Below the pieces are notes generated by a model that was given only the letters and a program-made list of their open reading frames with translations, did not search any database and was not told the DNA's origin. A stretch of 55,069 bases of DNA, the filler included, from Sluysia triapertura (taxonomy: Eukaryota): NCBI GenBank assembly GCA_046118255.1. It is 4 parts of 4 records of this genome, joined end to end, with 100 filler letters (N's around TTAATTAATTAA, not from the genome) between each part and the next. Parts side by side here need not be neighbours in the genome. Positions count along the whole stretch, not along the records: positions 15,956 to 31,111 come from JBJNIA010236886.1; positions 31,212 to 42,128 come from JBJNIA010191551.1; 2 more parts are not named here. One strand, written 5' to 3'. The first letter of the stretch is position 1. Every line of letters starts with the position of its first letter. A program made the translations under genes and the position numbers. Shown one piece after another: positions 24,258 through 36,154 of this stretch.

Positions 24258-24450
24258 ATATTCACTATACATTTCAATATCATTATGTGCAGCTGCTTCG
24301 ACCCATAGAGGTTATACTGGATCTGTCATGCGCACGTAAAATGTTCGACCCTGGCTGATGTCGATTATTTCGTATTATCGACCCTTATCGATGTTTGTAA
24401 GGGTCTAAGCGTTTTATTATTTCATACGTTACTGCTGCACCAATTACACA
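24258..24450 (-). pseudogene. ABHD17-family (protein depalmitoylase) pseudogene fragment in GTF3C1 intron 7
   Basis: 24371->24258 reads EIIDISQGRTFYVRMTDPV*PLWVEAAAHNDIEMYSEY, against ABHD17 [38 protein letters not shown]. TAA at 24312-24314 replaces Glu; the upstream part is deleted or frameshifted. Confidence 0.85.
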
Positions 24451-25109
24451 ATATTCTGACCTGTTGGTGAAAGATAATTGTCATGTTTACTTTTAACTGA
24501 CACTGATTTTTGATTCCTTATTCCAGTTTTACATCCATAATTTCTTATCATGGTTATAAAATCATCTTCAAATAATTCATCTCCTATTGTTTTCACTTTT
24601 TCTAATATTAGTCTATATTACTCATTGTTTTTCTGATGTATGATTTATTAGCTTGGCTTTTTTCAGTCATGTTAGAATTTGAAATCACGATAATTTCCGA
24701 TTCTTTTCCAGTATATTTCGAGGAAGTACTATCTGGTATAAGTCTTGTGTAACAAAGAGGAAAAAAGAGAACGTAGAGTTCAGAGTGAATGAGAGACGAT
24801 ATCAACGAACTGTATACTGTGTATGGAATATTTGTTGGTGAAATTATGAATGACTGGGGTACCGCAATTTAAGATTCTTACAAACCTAATATTTTAAAAG
24901 TTGATATTTGGTAACGGGGATATGGGAATTGACTTAGCGTTACTTAGTTGTATGGATTATTTTATGACATGTGTTGAAGACGATGTTTCGTCCGTCCATG
25001 TACGTAGTATTTATGATATAATGTAATCTCAAGGAAAAGTTGAATCACCACAAATATATTTAAACATTAATCATTTTATAAAATGAAACATTAATCATTT
25101 CTATTTTAG

Positions 25110-25408
25110 CTTCCATAGTAACTCTGGATCGAATAGTGTATCGGATACCCGTAATTTTATTCTGTGTTCTAGTGAGTATGAAAGAATTATCACAATCGCT
25201 CTATAAAACATTGACCGATGAAAAATCCAAATGGATGACTATTGGTAATATCAGTGTTTATAATAGTAATGTGGCTGCATTCTTACTTAATTACAAAAAA
25301 AGAATCTATCTAAGATCATTTGCAAATTTAATAGAACTGCTATTGAATACAGGTGCAATAATTAAGCATGAAACTCATCTAAGAAATAATAATAATAATA
25401 GATATCTG
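25110..25408 (+). CDS. GTF3C1: GTF3C1 exon 8
   Basis: Phase-1 acceptor. VTLDRIVYRIPVILFCVLV (compare LVSDILLCLPLSIFIQIV); donor GTAAGT at 25409. Confidence 0.85.
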
Positions 25409-25534
25409 GTAAGTTTATATTTATATTAGATAAATGTGGGTTAATAAAGTACCTATTGCAAATATTCGTATATACTATGCCTTAAATATTTCTTTAATCT
25501 GTATAATAAGAATATATTTTAAATAGAAATAGGG

Positions 25535-25631
25535 TAGGGGCAGATTAAGGCATAGGCAACCTAGCCACGTACCCAGGGCCCGGTTTTTACTGCCCGGAAT
25601 TACAATGCTGCCTAGGGCCCGCTTTAACCTT
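25535..25631. mobile_element. Small GC-rich hAT-like MITE remnant
   Basis: TAGGGGCAGATTAAGGCATAGGC...CCCAGGGCCC...GCCTAGGGCCC resembles hAT termini of the CAGGGCCGGATTA type. The right end is degenerate and no TSD was found. Confidence 0.45.
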
Positions 25632-25685
25632 ATAAATTTTATAATAATAGATCAGCACAAAAAATTCTATTTATAATTGTTTCAG

Positions 25686-25863
25686 ACAGACATATTTATA
25701 TCTCAAAAAGTCTTCCTTACCGACACCAGAAATCTCACACTTCCTTGTGATCAAGAGAATATTTGGAAAGTACTACCAAGAATAATGTACAATTTGAATT
25801 CTGCGCAAGAATTACTGAACTATTGGCAATGTTATTATTTGTTCTGTCTTAATACTAAAATAG
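25686..25863 (+). CDS. GTF3C1: GTF3C1 exon 9
   Basis: VFLTDTR...MYNLNSAQELLNYWQCYYLFCLNTKIG, compare [27 protein letters not shown]. Confidence 0.92.
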
Positions 25864-26206
25864 GTAAGTTTAAAATTTAGTTTTTTTTATTGATTGATTT
25901 ATTTTAATAAACCTTTTTTTCTTCAACATAAATCACAATTGTGCCGATTGACCAAATGAGTTCGTTTAAGTGAATTTGATTAAATTTCATTAGTAAGAAT
26001 TTTATTAGCAAAAGATCTTTATTTATCTTAACGAAATTCTTATTTAATTTAAAAAACTTACGAAATCTAGAAAATCTACAATCTTTATTAGATTGTATAT
26101 CATAATTACAAAATTTGTGATATACAATTACAAAAAAAGGCACATCAAAATGTTCGTAGTCTGCCTGTGAGGGCGAATAAAATAAAAATAGGCCAAAATT
26201 GTTTTA

Positions 26207-27382
26207 TTAAAATGTAGGTAAGACATAATCATTGTCATTTAAATTCATGTCCTTAAATTGTTTATAATACAAATAGTGCATAATGTAAAAAACATAATTT
26301 TTATTTTCTAAAACATGATCATGAGAGATATTTTGCGCGACTTCGCAATGTTCATTTTTACAACGAACGGTGAGCTCTAGTAATTTGAAAACGACGTTAT
26401 TTGATGATATATCAATTATAATATTGCTATACTTATGAGTAGATTTAATAGAAAACAACAAGAATGGTAATTTAATTAAATCTTCATGAATGTTGTATGA
26501 AGTATTTGAATCTTTAACAGCATTGGTCTAACTTTTCAAATCGAAGTTAGAGCTCAAGCCGGAAATTTATAATTTAAATTCGTGACGAGCTTTAGAAGCC
26601 GATCTCTTTCTTTCTGGTTCGCATTTCAAAAGATGTTTAAATTCACTTCTGTGACTTTGTGTCTTTTGGTTAATGCCTGAAGATATAGTTTATAATTAAT
26701 AACCTTTTTCATAGGGACTTCTTTTGATACTGCATCCTTTAATCGACGATGATTCGATTTGTGTTTCATATTTAGGTTCATCTTAACAAAATTCAAATTT
26801 ATAGGCTCTAATTCATCGTAATCAAGTTTCACGCTTTCAATAATTCTGCAAAGACAGTCAGCTGACTCCTCATCCCCTTTGAAAGATTCAACACGTCTGG
26901 TACAATTCCTTTTAGTCTTCTTAATTTCAAAATCTTTTTCCACAAGATAAGCCTCATTTAGTAGCATATCAATCGTTTTTTTCAACGGATTTTGAATGTA
27001 AACACTCTCTTGCAATATCCATAATTTTCTCAAAATTGGGTTTTTCTTATAGTATTTCGATTTAGCATTAATAAGTTAAAAATTTTAGTACATTCTTTCC
27101 TTAAAAAAATTTTTTAAAATCTTTTTCCAAAGTATTAATATTTAAACAAACAGTTTAAGTAACATAAATAGACCTTTTCTTTCTTTATCATTCTTTTCTT
27201 CTGATTTTCCTTTCCCTTCGCAATAATTCTTCTGTCTCATTGGACAAAACAATGAATATTTTTGAATAACTTTTAATAAATATTGCATTTATGTTTTGGA
27301 AGCCTGGGGGATTATGTAGGCCTTGTTGCATTTCTAATACTTGTCTTAAATCAAATATTTTTTCGCATGTATCACAGTTATA
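26207..27382 (-). pseudogene. Decayed locus with a C2H2-finger remnant followed by a possible DP (TFDP)-like region
   Basis: 27382-27314 reads YNCDTCEKIFDLRQVLEMQQGLH (C2H2 with His changed to Gln). Downstream, IDMLLNEAYLVEKDFEIK, RRLKDAVSKEVPMKKVINYKLYLQALTKRHK and IKLPFLLFS...IIIDISSNN weakly follow the DP motif order. Stops and a frameshift are present. Confidence 0.35.
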
Positions 27383-27700
27383 TTGATTAAATTTCCAATT
27401 TAAAATGCATAAAAAGTATAAAAATATAAAATAGTTAGAATGATAATAAAAGTTATTAGAATTAGCTCTGTCAGGTGATAAAGAAAGGCGATAATAAAAT
27501 ACAATAAAAGGGTAGTGTTGCAGTGATGACAGGTGACAACAAACGTTACGTATTATATAAAAATGTTAATGAAAGAGATTTTATTATGCATTTATGATTT
27601 GCCAATGATAAAAGATGTAATAATACAAATATTGAGAATGAATTTTATTTTAAATTGATTTTTGTTTGTGATGAGGTTTATGTGGTTGATGGTTGTAGTG

Positions 27701-27850
27701 GCAAAATTGAAGTCTAATATCAAAATCATCGTCATTGAACTGATGCTTCAATGACATGAATCATGCTTACGAGATGTTTGCGGGTGTTGCAAATTTTCTA
27801 ACGATCTGAGCTACTTTCACCGAATTTATTTGTGGTGGATCAGCATCAAA
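27701..27850 (-). mobile_element. Possible Tc1/mariner-superfamily transposase fragment
   Basis: DADPPQINSVKVAQIVRKFAT...HQFNDDDFDIRLQFC resembles the HTH and QELxxxDFxxRLxFC motifs. Internal stops and a deletion are present. Confidence 0.35.
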
Positions 27851-28382
27851 AACGTTCTATTCTTTTTGGGATTATGTAATGAATGCAAAATGCGTATATT
27901 TTCTATCAGTCATTTGTCTGGAAACATCATTTTGGATATCAAGTTTGGATATCAGCAAAGAAGATTGTAACTCTCATATTTTAGGCATATTCTCGAATAT
28001 TTAATCAGACAATGAGCCCGTTTAAATAAATATCTTTATTGTAAATTTATTAAAAAGTATGGATGTTCACTTATTTTGGAGTTTTTTGTTATTTTATTGA
28101 ATAATATATAAACATTATGATTTGTTGCACCACTTTCTTATAATTTCTAGTCTAATTTCATTTGCTATTCTTACATTCGACCTGTTTTTTATTTAAGAAT
28201 GATTCAATAATTATATTAATTGTATTAAATTTATTAATTTATTAATATAATGTTTAAATGATTTGACAAAAGCTTACTATTATTATTATTATTATTATTA
28301 ATTATTATTATTATTAATTATTATTATTATATGAATTTTAATATTTTAAATAATATTTTTGATTTCTTCAATAATGATTCAG

Positions 28383-28733
28383 GAAAGTACAATGATAAAA
28401 TCAATTATATATTCACCCTACTTCCAAAGATTTCTAATTTACAAAATCACAGTGATGTATCAAGTCCAATTTTTCAATATGAAAACATTTTGAATAAAAT
28501 CAAAACTTCTGGACATGTTGCTCAAGAACTAGTTCCCAAAATCTACCAGCTCGGTTGTTGGTTGCCCGACAGAACAGTCAAGTGGTCCGAATTAGGTTCT
28601 GGTGGATACGATATTCGAATTCCATGTCATTTTGTCGGAAATTGGTATCCGAATAACTATGACAATCAAATAAAAACGCTTTGTTCTACATTAGAAGATT
28701 TATTAGTAAATTTCCGATTTTCACTTTTTAATG
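28383..28733 (+). CDS. GTF3C1: GTF3C1 exon 10 (gene continues beyond the scaffold)
   Basis: Phase-1 CAG acceptor. ELGSGGYDIRIPCHFVGNW (compare GLGAAGLDSSFYGHLKRNW); donor GTTAGT at 28734. Confidence 0.85.
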
Positions 28734-31111
28734 GTTAGTTTCTTTTATTTTTCTATTTCTGTTTATATTTTCATATTATTTCTCTTTAATGTATAAATTG
28801 GTATTTATGTTATTTTGTCATTATTTTTGAAATTCGAAATTGCGTTGATGATTGACCTTGAAATATTTTCTACAATGAGTTGTAAGAGAACATAGAAACA
28901 GTTGCTTATTGTGCTAGCATGTAAACATTATAATTATGATAATCTTAGAAATTAAAATGGAAAATAAAATTCAGATTTACTCAATTAATTTAGTGCAGAT
29001 TACAAAAAACGGTTGAAAAAGTTGATTAAATCATTGTAGAAATTAAATAAATGTAAAGTAAAGTAAATAATAATAATAATGATTTGATTTTTCCACATTT
29101 TTACATAAACTAATGAAAGAAAAACTAAAGTAAAAACACTGTTGAAGAAATGAACAATAAACGGACAATAAAAGCACGGACTTACATGGTTGAAGATACA
29201 TAAACTTTGTTGAATTGACAGAAAAAATTATAATTATAATTTGATTATATATTGATTATATTTGTCATTTTATATTAAGATACTCAAAGCAAAGAAACTC
29301 GATTGAATGCTTCAATAAATGACTCCTTATCTTTAAGTTTACATGAAGTAATATTGGCAATTAATTTATAACACATTTCATTTAGCTTAATATTATATGC
29401 ACATGCGCAGATATATTTAAAACGAATCATAATGAGTTTTGCATGAGGATTGGTAAGTGGAGTTGGTTTAAAACACAATTTCCAAATGTTAGTTATTATT
29501 ATTATTATTACTATTGTTATTTATTAATAGTTGAAACAGCATAAAAGTGAAGAAATCATTAAATTATTAGATCTACTGTCTGTCGAACATCAGTCTGTCA
29601 GAAATCAGATAATGTCCAAGGCAGAAAAAAACACCTTAACTCGTAATGTTAGTTCTTTGTTTTGATTTTGAAAATTAATTTTCTGTGCATACCATGTAAC
29701 AACATAATTAACACGGTGCAGCCAAGATTATTAAATAAAATAACAGTGCCTTTCAGAGCCGTTGGGGGTGTCACCGATGACCTCAGTGAATTAAATGCGT
29801 CACGAATGATTACAAATAATAACTGTTTTGTTTACTGTAATATTCAACACATACTCAGAAATTCATTTTGGCAAGCCCTTTAAAATTAAGGTGGCATTCA
29901 ACGAATCATTCTATCCAATCTAAAAGTTTGGCTTTCATTACATTACCGAAATCTATTTCAACTTGATGGCGTCCTTTCATATGTTACTTGAAAATGTTTA
30001 ACAACTTGAAACTATAATTTAATTTAATATAATTTAATTTAATTTAATTTTTCACATTTATATTTATAATACCAAAGCTAAAATAACACAAAAACACAGA
30101 TAAATTCAGAAAGTTTATAATAAAATAGCTAATACTTCTAAAATGGCTACTATTAAATAAATCAAGAAAATATAGGAATCATCTTGAATCTCGAATAAAC
30201 ACATACCTTTAAAAATGCTTAAACATTCGTTACTGCATTACTGAATCTCGAAGATATTCTTTCAATATCGATTAAAAGAATTACAAATATACAAGCAGTA
30301 AAATATGGAATCGGTCGTAATTTGTAATAAAAGGTTGAATCTTGTGCCATTCACGAATAGTTTGATAGGTTGATAAGGTTAGACTCGTTAAACATAAAAC
30401 TTTTGATAGATAACTTGTGTGAAAGTTTTGTATTACCCAAAAAAGAAATAGTAGACAAAAAATACAATATTGATAACAATAAACCTTATGAGAACTAAAG
30501 TTTTAATAAAATCCATTGGAACCCATTGTTCTACCCTAGAATCTCACAAAAATAAATAAAATAAACATAAAATAAAAATCCAAAAAAATTATACATATCT
30601 AAATAGAAAAAATAATAAATTTACCTTAAATTTACGCTTTGAAATGATTCTTATCTTAATGCTCCAGGAATGTGAAAATTTATCCAAGTTAATAAAACAT
30701 TTTAAAATATCTGAAACTTTAATTTTGAATATACATTAAAATAAAAATATTGATTTATGATTTATTTAGACTTGCTAGTGTTTTCTTAAACTTAAAAAAG
30801 ACTTGAACTTATTCACTGAAAATTATCTGAGAAGTCGGTTCGCCTAATATATACGATTTACACACCACTATTGGAGACGTACTATTAGGTTTTCGTAATT
30901 ATTAAACTTAACTAACTTTTCACTTAGGACTTATCTTTAATATAAATCGCTTTAATTACTTTGTGTTACAATCCTTTATTAGGTGTTGTTTAATTACGCA
31001 ATAATTACGTATTAAGGTGTTGCTTTTAAAAAACTCTGTTAGATTTTTCCTTATTCCTAACAAATTATCTGTAGGGTCAGTTCGCTTAGTATATACGCTT
31101 TATACCAAACT

Positions 31112-31211
31112 NNNNNNNNNNNNNNNNNNNNNNNNNNNNNNNNNNNNNNNNNNNNTTAATTAATTAANNNNNNNNNNNNNNNNNNNNNNNNNNNNNNNNN
31201 NNNNNNNNNNN
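31112..31211. other. Artificial scaffold-joining spacer
   Basis: N44-TTAATTAATTAA-N44. Confidence 0.97.
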
Positions 31212-31287
31212 TCCCTTCATACCATTTAAATCAATAAAAAAACCTAATATTTAGAAATGGGACTCTTATTTTCGGACAGAGGGAGTA
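31212..31287 (-). mobile_element. Tc1/mariner-type (Stowaway-like) MITE terminus
   Basis: Minus strand reads TA|CTCCCTCTGTCCGAAAATAAGAGTCCC with a TA target site at 31286-31287. The other end is lost at the scaffold edge. Confidence 0.6.
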
Positions 31288-32394
31288 AATTTTAACTCAT
31301 AAATATTAATTATTCACAAAATGAGTAACTAAAAAGTAATTATTTTATTGTAAACAATTTATCGAGTCTGGATGAATCTGATTGGCTAGCAATCAGTATA
31401 TGAATGGATTCTTTTTCACAAGTTAGTAATCAACATAAAAATCATCATGACAAACTTAGCATAGTAGAATTGCTTTATTTTAATTGATAACTGTCAACCA
31501 TCTTGAATTTTTTAAAAATAATAAGTTATTATCAATAGGAGTAATGTACTTTGATAAATATTGTTCTAGGTTAATTTCATTATATAATAATTAAGGATAA
31601 AAGATTTATAATTACTTACATTAATTATTGTTACAATTATTACTATATTGTTCCTTGTTATTTTCATAAAATTTTATCAACTATTACCTACTTACTGTTG
31701 TTGGTAGATAATAATTGGTTGATTTAGTGTGGGCGTAAAATTCTTAAAATTACGGATGATTTCCAAATTAACAAAATTTTTTAAAATTACATTTTTAACG
31801 TTTATTTTACATTTTGAACGAGTGAAATTAACAAAATCATTAAAAACTTTAGACATAAGGTCTTTTATAACAAATAAAAAGTTTGAAACAAACAAGTTAA
31901 ACAATCTAACAATTTAATTAAATATAAAGAAAAGAATAAATATAAATACACATACTACTGGAAAACAAGCATTTATCATGAATCGTATTGTTACTACGAG
32001 AGCATCATTTAAAAAGGCAATTGTAGTTTTTATAACCACATAAAATATCTTCACATATAATATTCTAAAAAATATTCGCCAGTTGAAAGCGATGGAAATT
32101 TTACGATATTCGTGCAAACGGTAGGCACATGTAAGCAAAATTTAATTATGCATTACAAATTTAATATATCGATTTTTTAGGATTCTTTGGTGGACATTTA
32201 CCTTTCTGAGATGTTTCATTTGTAATGAAATGTGTTTGTGATTTTGATGTGTGGATGTAGAGTTCACTAGAGTTAATATTTATAGTTATTACTTTTAGAT
32301 TATTACTTACTTTTATATTATTATTATTGTTGGGGTAAAAGGCCTAAAGTGCCATGTAGTTTAATGGACTATAGAAATATAAAATTGTTAGACG

Positions 32395-32466
32395 AGGCTG
32401 ATAGTTCAGTGGTAGAGCAATCGAACTGCGCAACGATGGTCCCGGGTTCGATCCTCGGTCAGTCCA
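32395..32466 (+). tRNA. tRNA-Ala-like gene or pseudogene (or SINE head) with an aberrant anticodon arm
   Basis: A-box TAGTTCAGTGG, B-box GGTTCGATCC and paired D and T arms. Acceptor AGGCTGA/TCAGTCC has G3:U70 and A73, followed by a TTTT terminator. There is an A1:C72 mismatch and the anticodon stem is 4 bp with a 10-nt loop. Confidence 0.75.
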
Positions 32467-33460
32467 TTTTATGAAGTCTAACATTATTATTTTTATTTGT
32501 TTATTGTTAGTATTAATTTTTATTATTTGGAAAAATTTAATAATTGTAGTCAAACAAAAAATTATTATAAAAATCAATTATATTTCTCATTAAATACCAA
32601 AATTTAACTTTAAATTTAGCGGAGATAATAAAACAATTAAACCAGGAAAATGAAATGTATTTTGAACGTGAATCATAATTTCGTCTCAACCTAATTTAAA
32701 ATAAAAGCTCCTGTTAAAGTCATATGATGTTATTTGGAGTGATTATTGGTATATCATGTACTTTTACAAGAAAAACATGATACAAACTGGATAAGAGAGA
32801 ATAAAGAAGATACAGAATCAAAGTCAACAAATAAAAATAATACCAGTAGCAATAATATTCCTTAACATTATTTTATTCGATATTGGTTTAATTATAGTGC
32901 ACATTAACCAACTATACAACATTTAAATCAGAAGGTCAGGCAGTATTATTTCAACTATTTTGTGATAAATAATAAATCGTAACTGACATGCATGATTAAC
33001 AAAATCACTTATTTAGGGTCAGTTACGATATTGATTATTAGTTTCGTTTTTTTTCGTTTCTACTATTGACCTGATTGTTATTATTAGATTGGTTGCGGAT
33101 GTGTTATAATTTGATAAATATTTTTATTTACTTATTAAGAATTTAATAAAATTATTTTTACATATTAACTAGCTATTCGAGATTAAAATTCGAAAATTGT
33201 GTAACATTATTTCAAAAAGATAAATTATAAAACTTTGTTATTTTAGAATTTATTTTTTTAGAGTTGAATTATGAAAGTTAGATTTTTCTTTTATTTTAAT
33301 CTTACTGTGATTGTTTATCTATAATATTTAAATTCGCTGAATTATCTTTTATGCTTTTAAAAAGTGTAAATAATATTAATATTATAAATAATTAATCAAA
33401 TATAAAAAATCGATATAAGTTAAATGCGGAGTTATGATAAAAAAGGCTAGGCAATATTAA

Positions 33461-33997
33461 TTGATTGACGTATTGACAAAAATTTTGAATTTCAACTATT
33501 ACCAAGTATATCATACAATTTATGTTAGTTACATGGTTTCACAGAATTACTTAGTATATCATTCTAATGAATTAGTGAACAACAGTAATGAAATACATCC
33601 TCTTTTTTGGATATTCCTTTTAAAAGTAGTTTCAATTATGATTACATTCGCTTATGGAAAGTATGTTATTTATAAAAACCGTAAAGTATTATTTAAAAGA
33701 TTAGTATTGTTGATAACGTATGTTTATTATAAAAGTCGTAAATTTTTAGTTAAAAGATTGTTACCGTTGCTACCGTATGTTTATTATAAAAGCCATAAAG
33801 TATTATTTAAAAGATTATTACTTTTGATACCAACTGAAATTATTGTATTAATATTTAGTCGATTCATAACGATTTGTTCCTCACTTCAGTGGGTCTCAAT
33901 TGATAAATGTGTCTGGTTGAACAGCATTCGTTTTCTAAATTCCTCATTTTTTTCGCATCAACAGTTTTCCTTATTATTAATTCAATGTTTGTCTTAA
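33461..33997 (+). CDS. Hypothetical membrane protein with three 19-aa repeats
   Basis: 178-codon ORF with a hydrophobic segment PLFWIFLLKVVSIMITFAYG. An in-frame 57-bp repeat occurs three times at 33661-33831 (YVYYKSRKVLFKRLLLLIP-like). Confidence 0.35.
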   Translation: MIDVLTKILNFNYYQVYHTIYVSYMVSQNYLVYHSNELVNNSNEIHPLFWIFLLKVVSIMITFAYGKYVIYKNRKVLFKRLVLLITYVYYKSRKFLVKRLLPLLPYVYYKSHKVLFKRLLLLIPTEIIVLIFSRFITICSSLQWVSIDKCVWLNSIRFLNSSFFSHQQFSLLLIQCLS

Positions 33998-34691
33998 CAG
34001 AATTTTGATCGTAACATTTAGATCCAAGTTAATCGAGCCAATTTTATTGTTAAACTCGGTTGTACTTATTATTTACTCGTTGTGTTTTTCTTTATTGTTT
34101 ATTAATAAAAAAATGTCAAATTTTGTTATTGTTCTAAATTTCTTAATTTTTACAGCCTTACGCTTATTTTGTTACAGGTAATTAAATTAAAAATTGAAAT
34201 GTTTTTGTTTACTTAATGTTATAAATATTTTTGACAAAAAATTAAAATTAAATAAAAATGGTAATAGATTGTTTAAATTCGATTACTTATTGCCCTCCAC
34301 AATTACTAAAGAATAAATATCAATTACTAAATTAAAGCTGTCTATTCTCTTTTAGTCGGTAATAAGCCAATCAGTTTTACTTATTGAATTTCGACAGCAA
34401 TTTCTGTCTATGTTCAACTTCATTCTCATTTTAATTAAGGGGATTTGAGGTAAACAATCCACTTATATTCATAATGTCATCTAATTAAAATTTAAAATCA
34501 TTGTTGCATTGCTATTATACTAATAACGTAATTTGTCCACTTACTTTAAAGATAAAATTAATGAATAATTAATCTTTTGAATAATACGTTGTGCGTCAAG
34601 TTTAATAACATATTTGAATTAGTATGTCTATTTGATACATACTTTATTAATACTTAAACATCGGAATATATTTAACTTTAATTTTAAATTA

Positions 34692-34765
34692 TGCTGTGGT
34701 TTTCTTAATGCTAAACCTACGGCGAAATAAAAAATTAAGCAGTGTCCGGTTACAATAAGCGTCTT
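34692..34765 (-). repeat. Dispersed ~73-bp repeat, also at 2618-2690 (+) and 3941-4010 (+)
   Basis: Shared pattern AAGAC.TT.(C)TGTAACCGGA...TATTTTGCCGTAGGTTTAG..TTAAGAAAACCACAG. Confidence 0.7.
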
Positions 34766-35349
34766 ACAACGAGTATTTAACACCTCTGTAACTTATAAGT
34801 GGAAAATCTTACTTAACTTACTTAAAAATATCACTTTTACACGTTAAGAGGGTCTCAAAATGCTACAATGAATAAAGACTCAATTAAATTCTTGAAATTT
34901 ATTAAATACACTGTTAATATAATTATAATTAAATATAATTAAATACACTGTTAATTATAAGACAAGGTAAAATAAAAGATAAAAAGAGATATTCGATCTA
35001 ATGGTCCATTTAAATTTAAAAGTAAAATATTTCGGGGTCTTGACTAAAAATTGATAAGAAAATTGATTTTAAGTGGATTTTAAGATCTTGATTTTAGGAA
35101 ATCAAAATCGCCTTAATAATAAAATAATTTGCTCTTTCGTGGAACCAAAATTCGGTAATTAAATCATTTGGCGAAGTTGTTCGATACCAAATTGTAATAG
35201 CACTGATAACCTAACCAGTATTAACCAAAATGGCTGACTCATGAATGTTTAATTTAAGGTGGCTGTAAAAATTAAATGGCTGACTAAATTAAATGGCGAT
35301 TTTCATTAAACTGATGCTAGTCTACGTACTAGTTACCAGCCAATGAAAA

Positions 35350-35520
35350 TCGATGGAATGTTCTAGAACATTCTAGAAGCTTCTAATTTATTTATAGAAG
35401 CAAATTTTCTTTTTTAGAAATTTTATTTCCTTTTTTGGAAAATAAATATTTTTTAGGTGTTTTTGACACTTAAAAATAATTTTGAAACATTATGTGAGAT
35501 TTTAAATGGTCGTGATGGCA
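35350..35520 (-). repeat. Dispersed repeat, also at ~1960-2070 (+) and more weakly ~3430-3505
   Basis: Shared AAAAAGAAAATT.GCTTCTA.AAATA.A.TAGAAGCTTCTAG.ATGTTCTAGAA.ATT.CATCG. Confidence 0.65.
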
Positions 35521-36082
35521 GATCTAACTATTATAAAAATTAATTAAAATAATTAAGTTTTACGTTATTTACTTTGATATGCTTCGCAATACTTCATCAT
35601 TAAAAATATTAATAAAATTCAATATTATACACTAAATCTAATGCATTATATCATGAGCAAACATTTTTATTGACTTATCAAAGTAAATAAATTTTAATTA
35701 AGCAAATTAACAAATGTACTTTAATATTTTAATAAATAAAACCTGGTTAAGGGTTATTTCTTTGCATTTCTCATTATTTTATTTTAATTCAAGTATCATT
35801 TAAGCTTATTTTATTATTAATATTCATCATAATATCTTATTTCACTTATTCAATGATATTTACTTCATTCTGTTATCTTGATTCCTGACCTTTATATCTA
35901 CCTCTATCCTTCACCAATTTCAACAGTCTTACGTGTTACGACTAATCCGTAGGAATTTAATAGAATATGAATATGAACTTATTGGAGGTCAAATTTCAAA
36001 TCAAATGTTTCGAGTGAACATTTTTAAAGTATATAAATTATTATAGAATATCTCAAGTTCGTTTAATTTAGGGCTTAATTAA

Positions 36083-36154
36083 CACATTATGAGCGGGTAT
36101 TCTTAATTGACAGTACATAAAACGGGTACTAATACCCGCCCCGCTCATAATGTG
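36083..36154. mobile_element. 72-bp piggyBac-type MITE
   Basis: Perfect 15-bp TIRs CACATTATGAGCGGG / CCCGCTCATAATGTG, flanked by TTAA on both sides (36079-36082 and 36155-36158). Confidence 0.88.

Noticed and set aside
16241-32466. Functional linkage between the TFIIIC gene and the nearby tRNA-like gene
   Set aside because: They are on different scaffolds separated by an artificial spacer.
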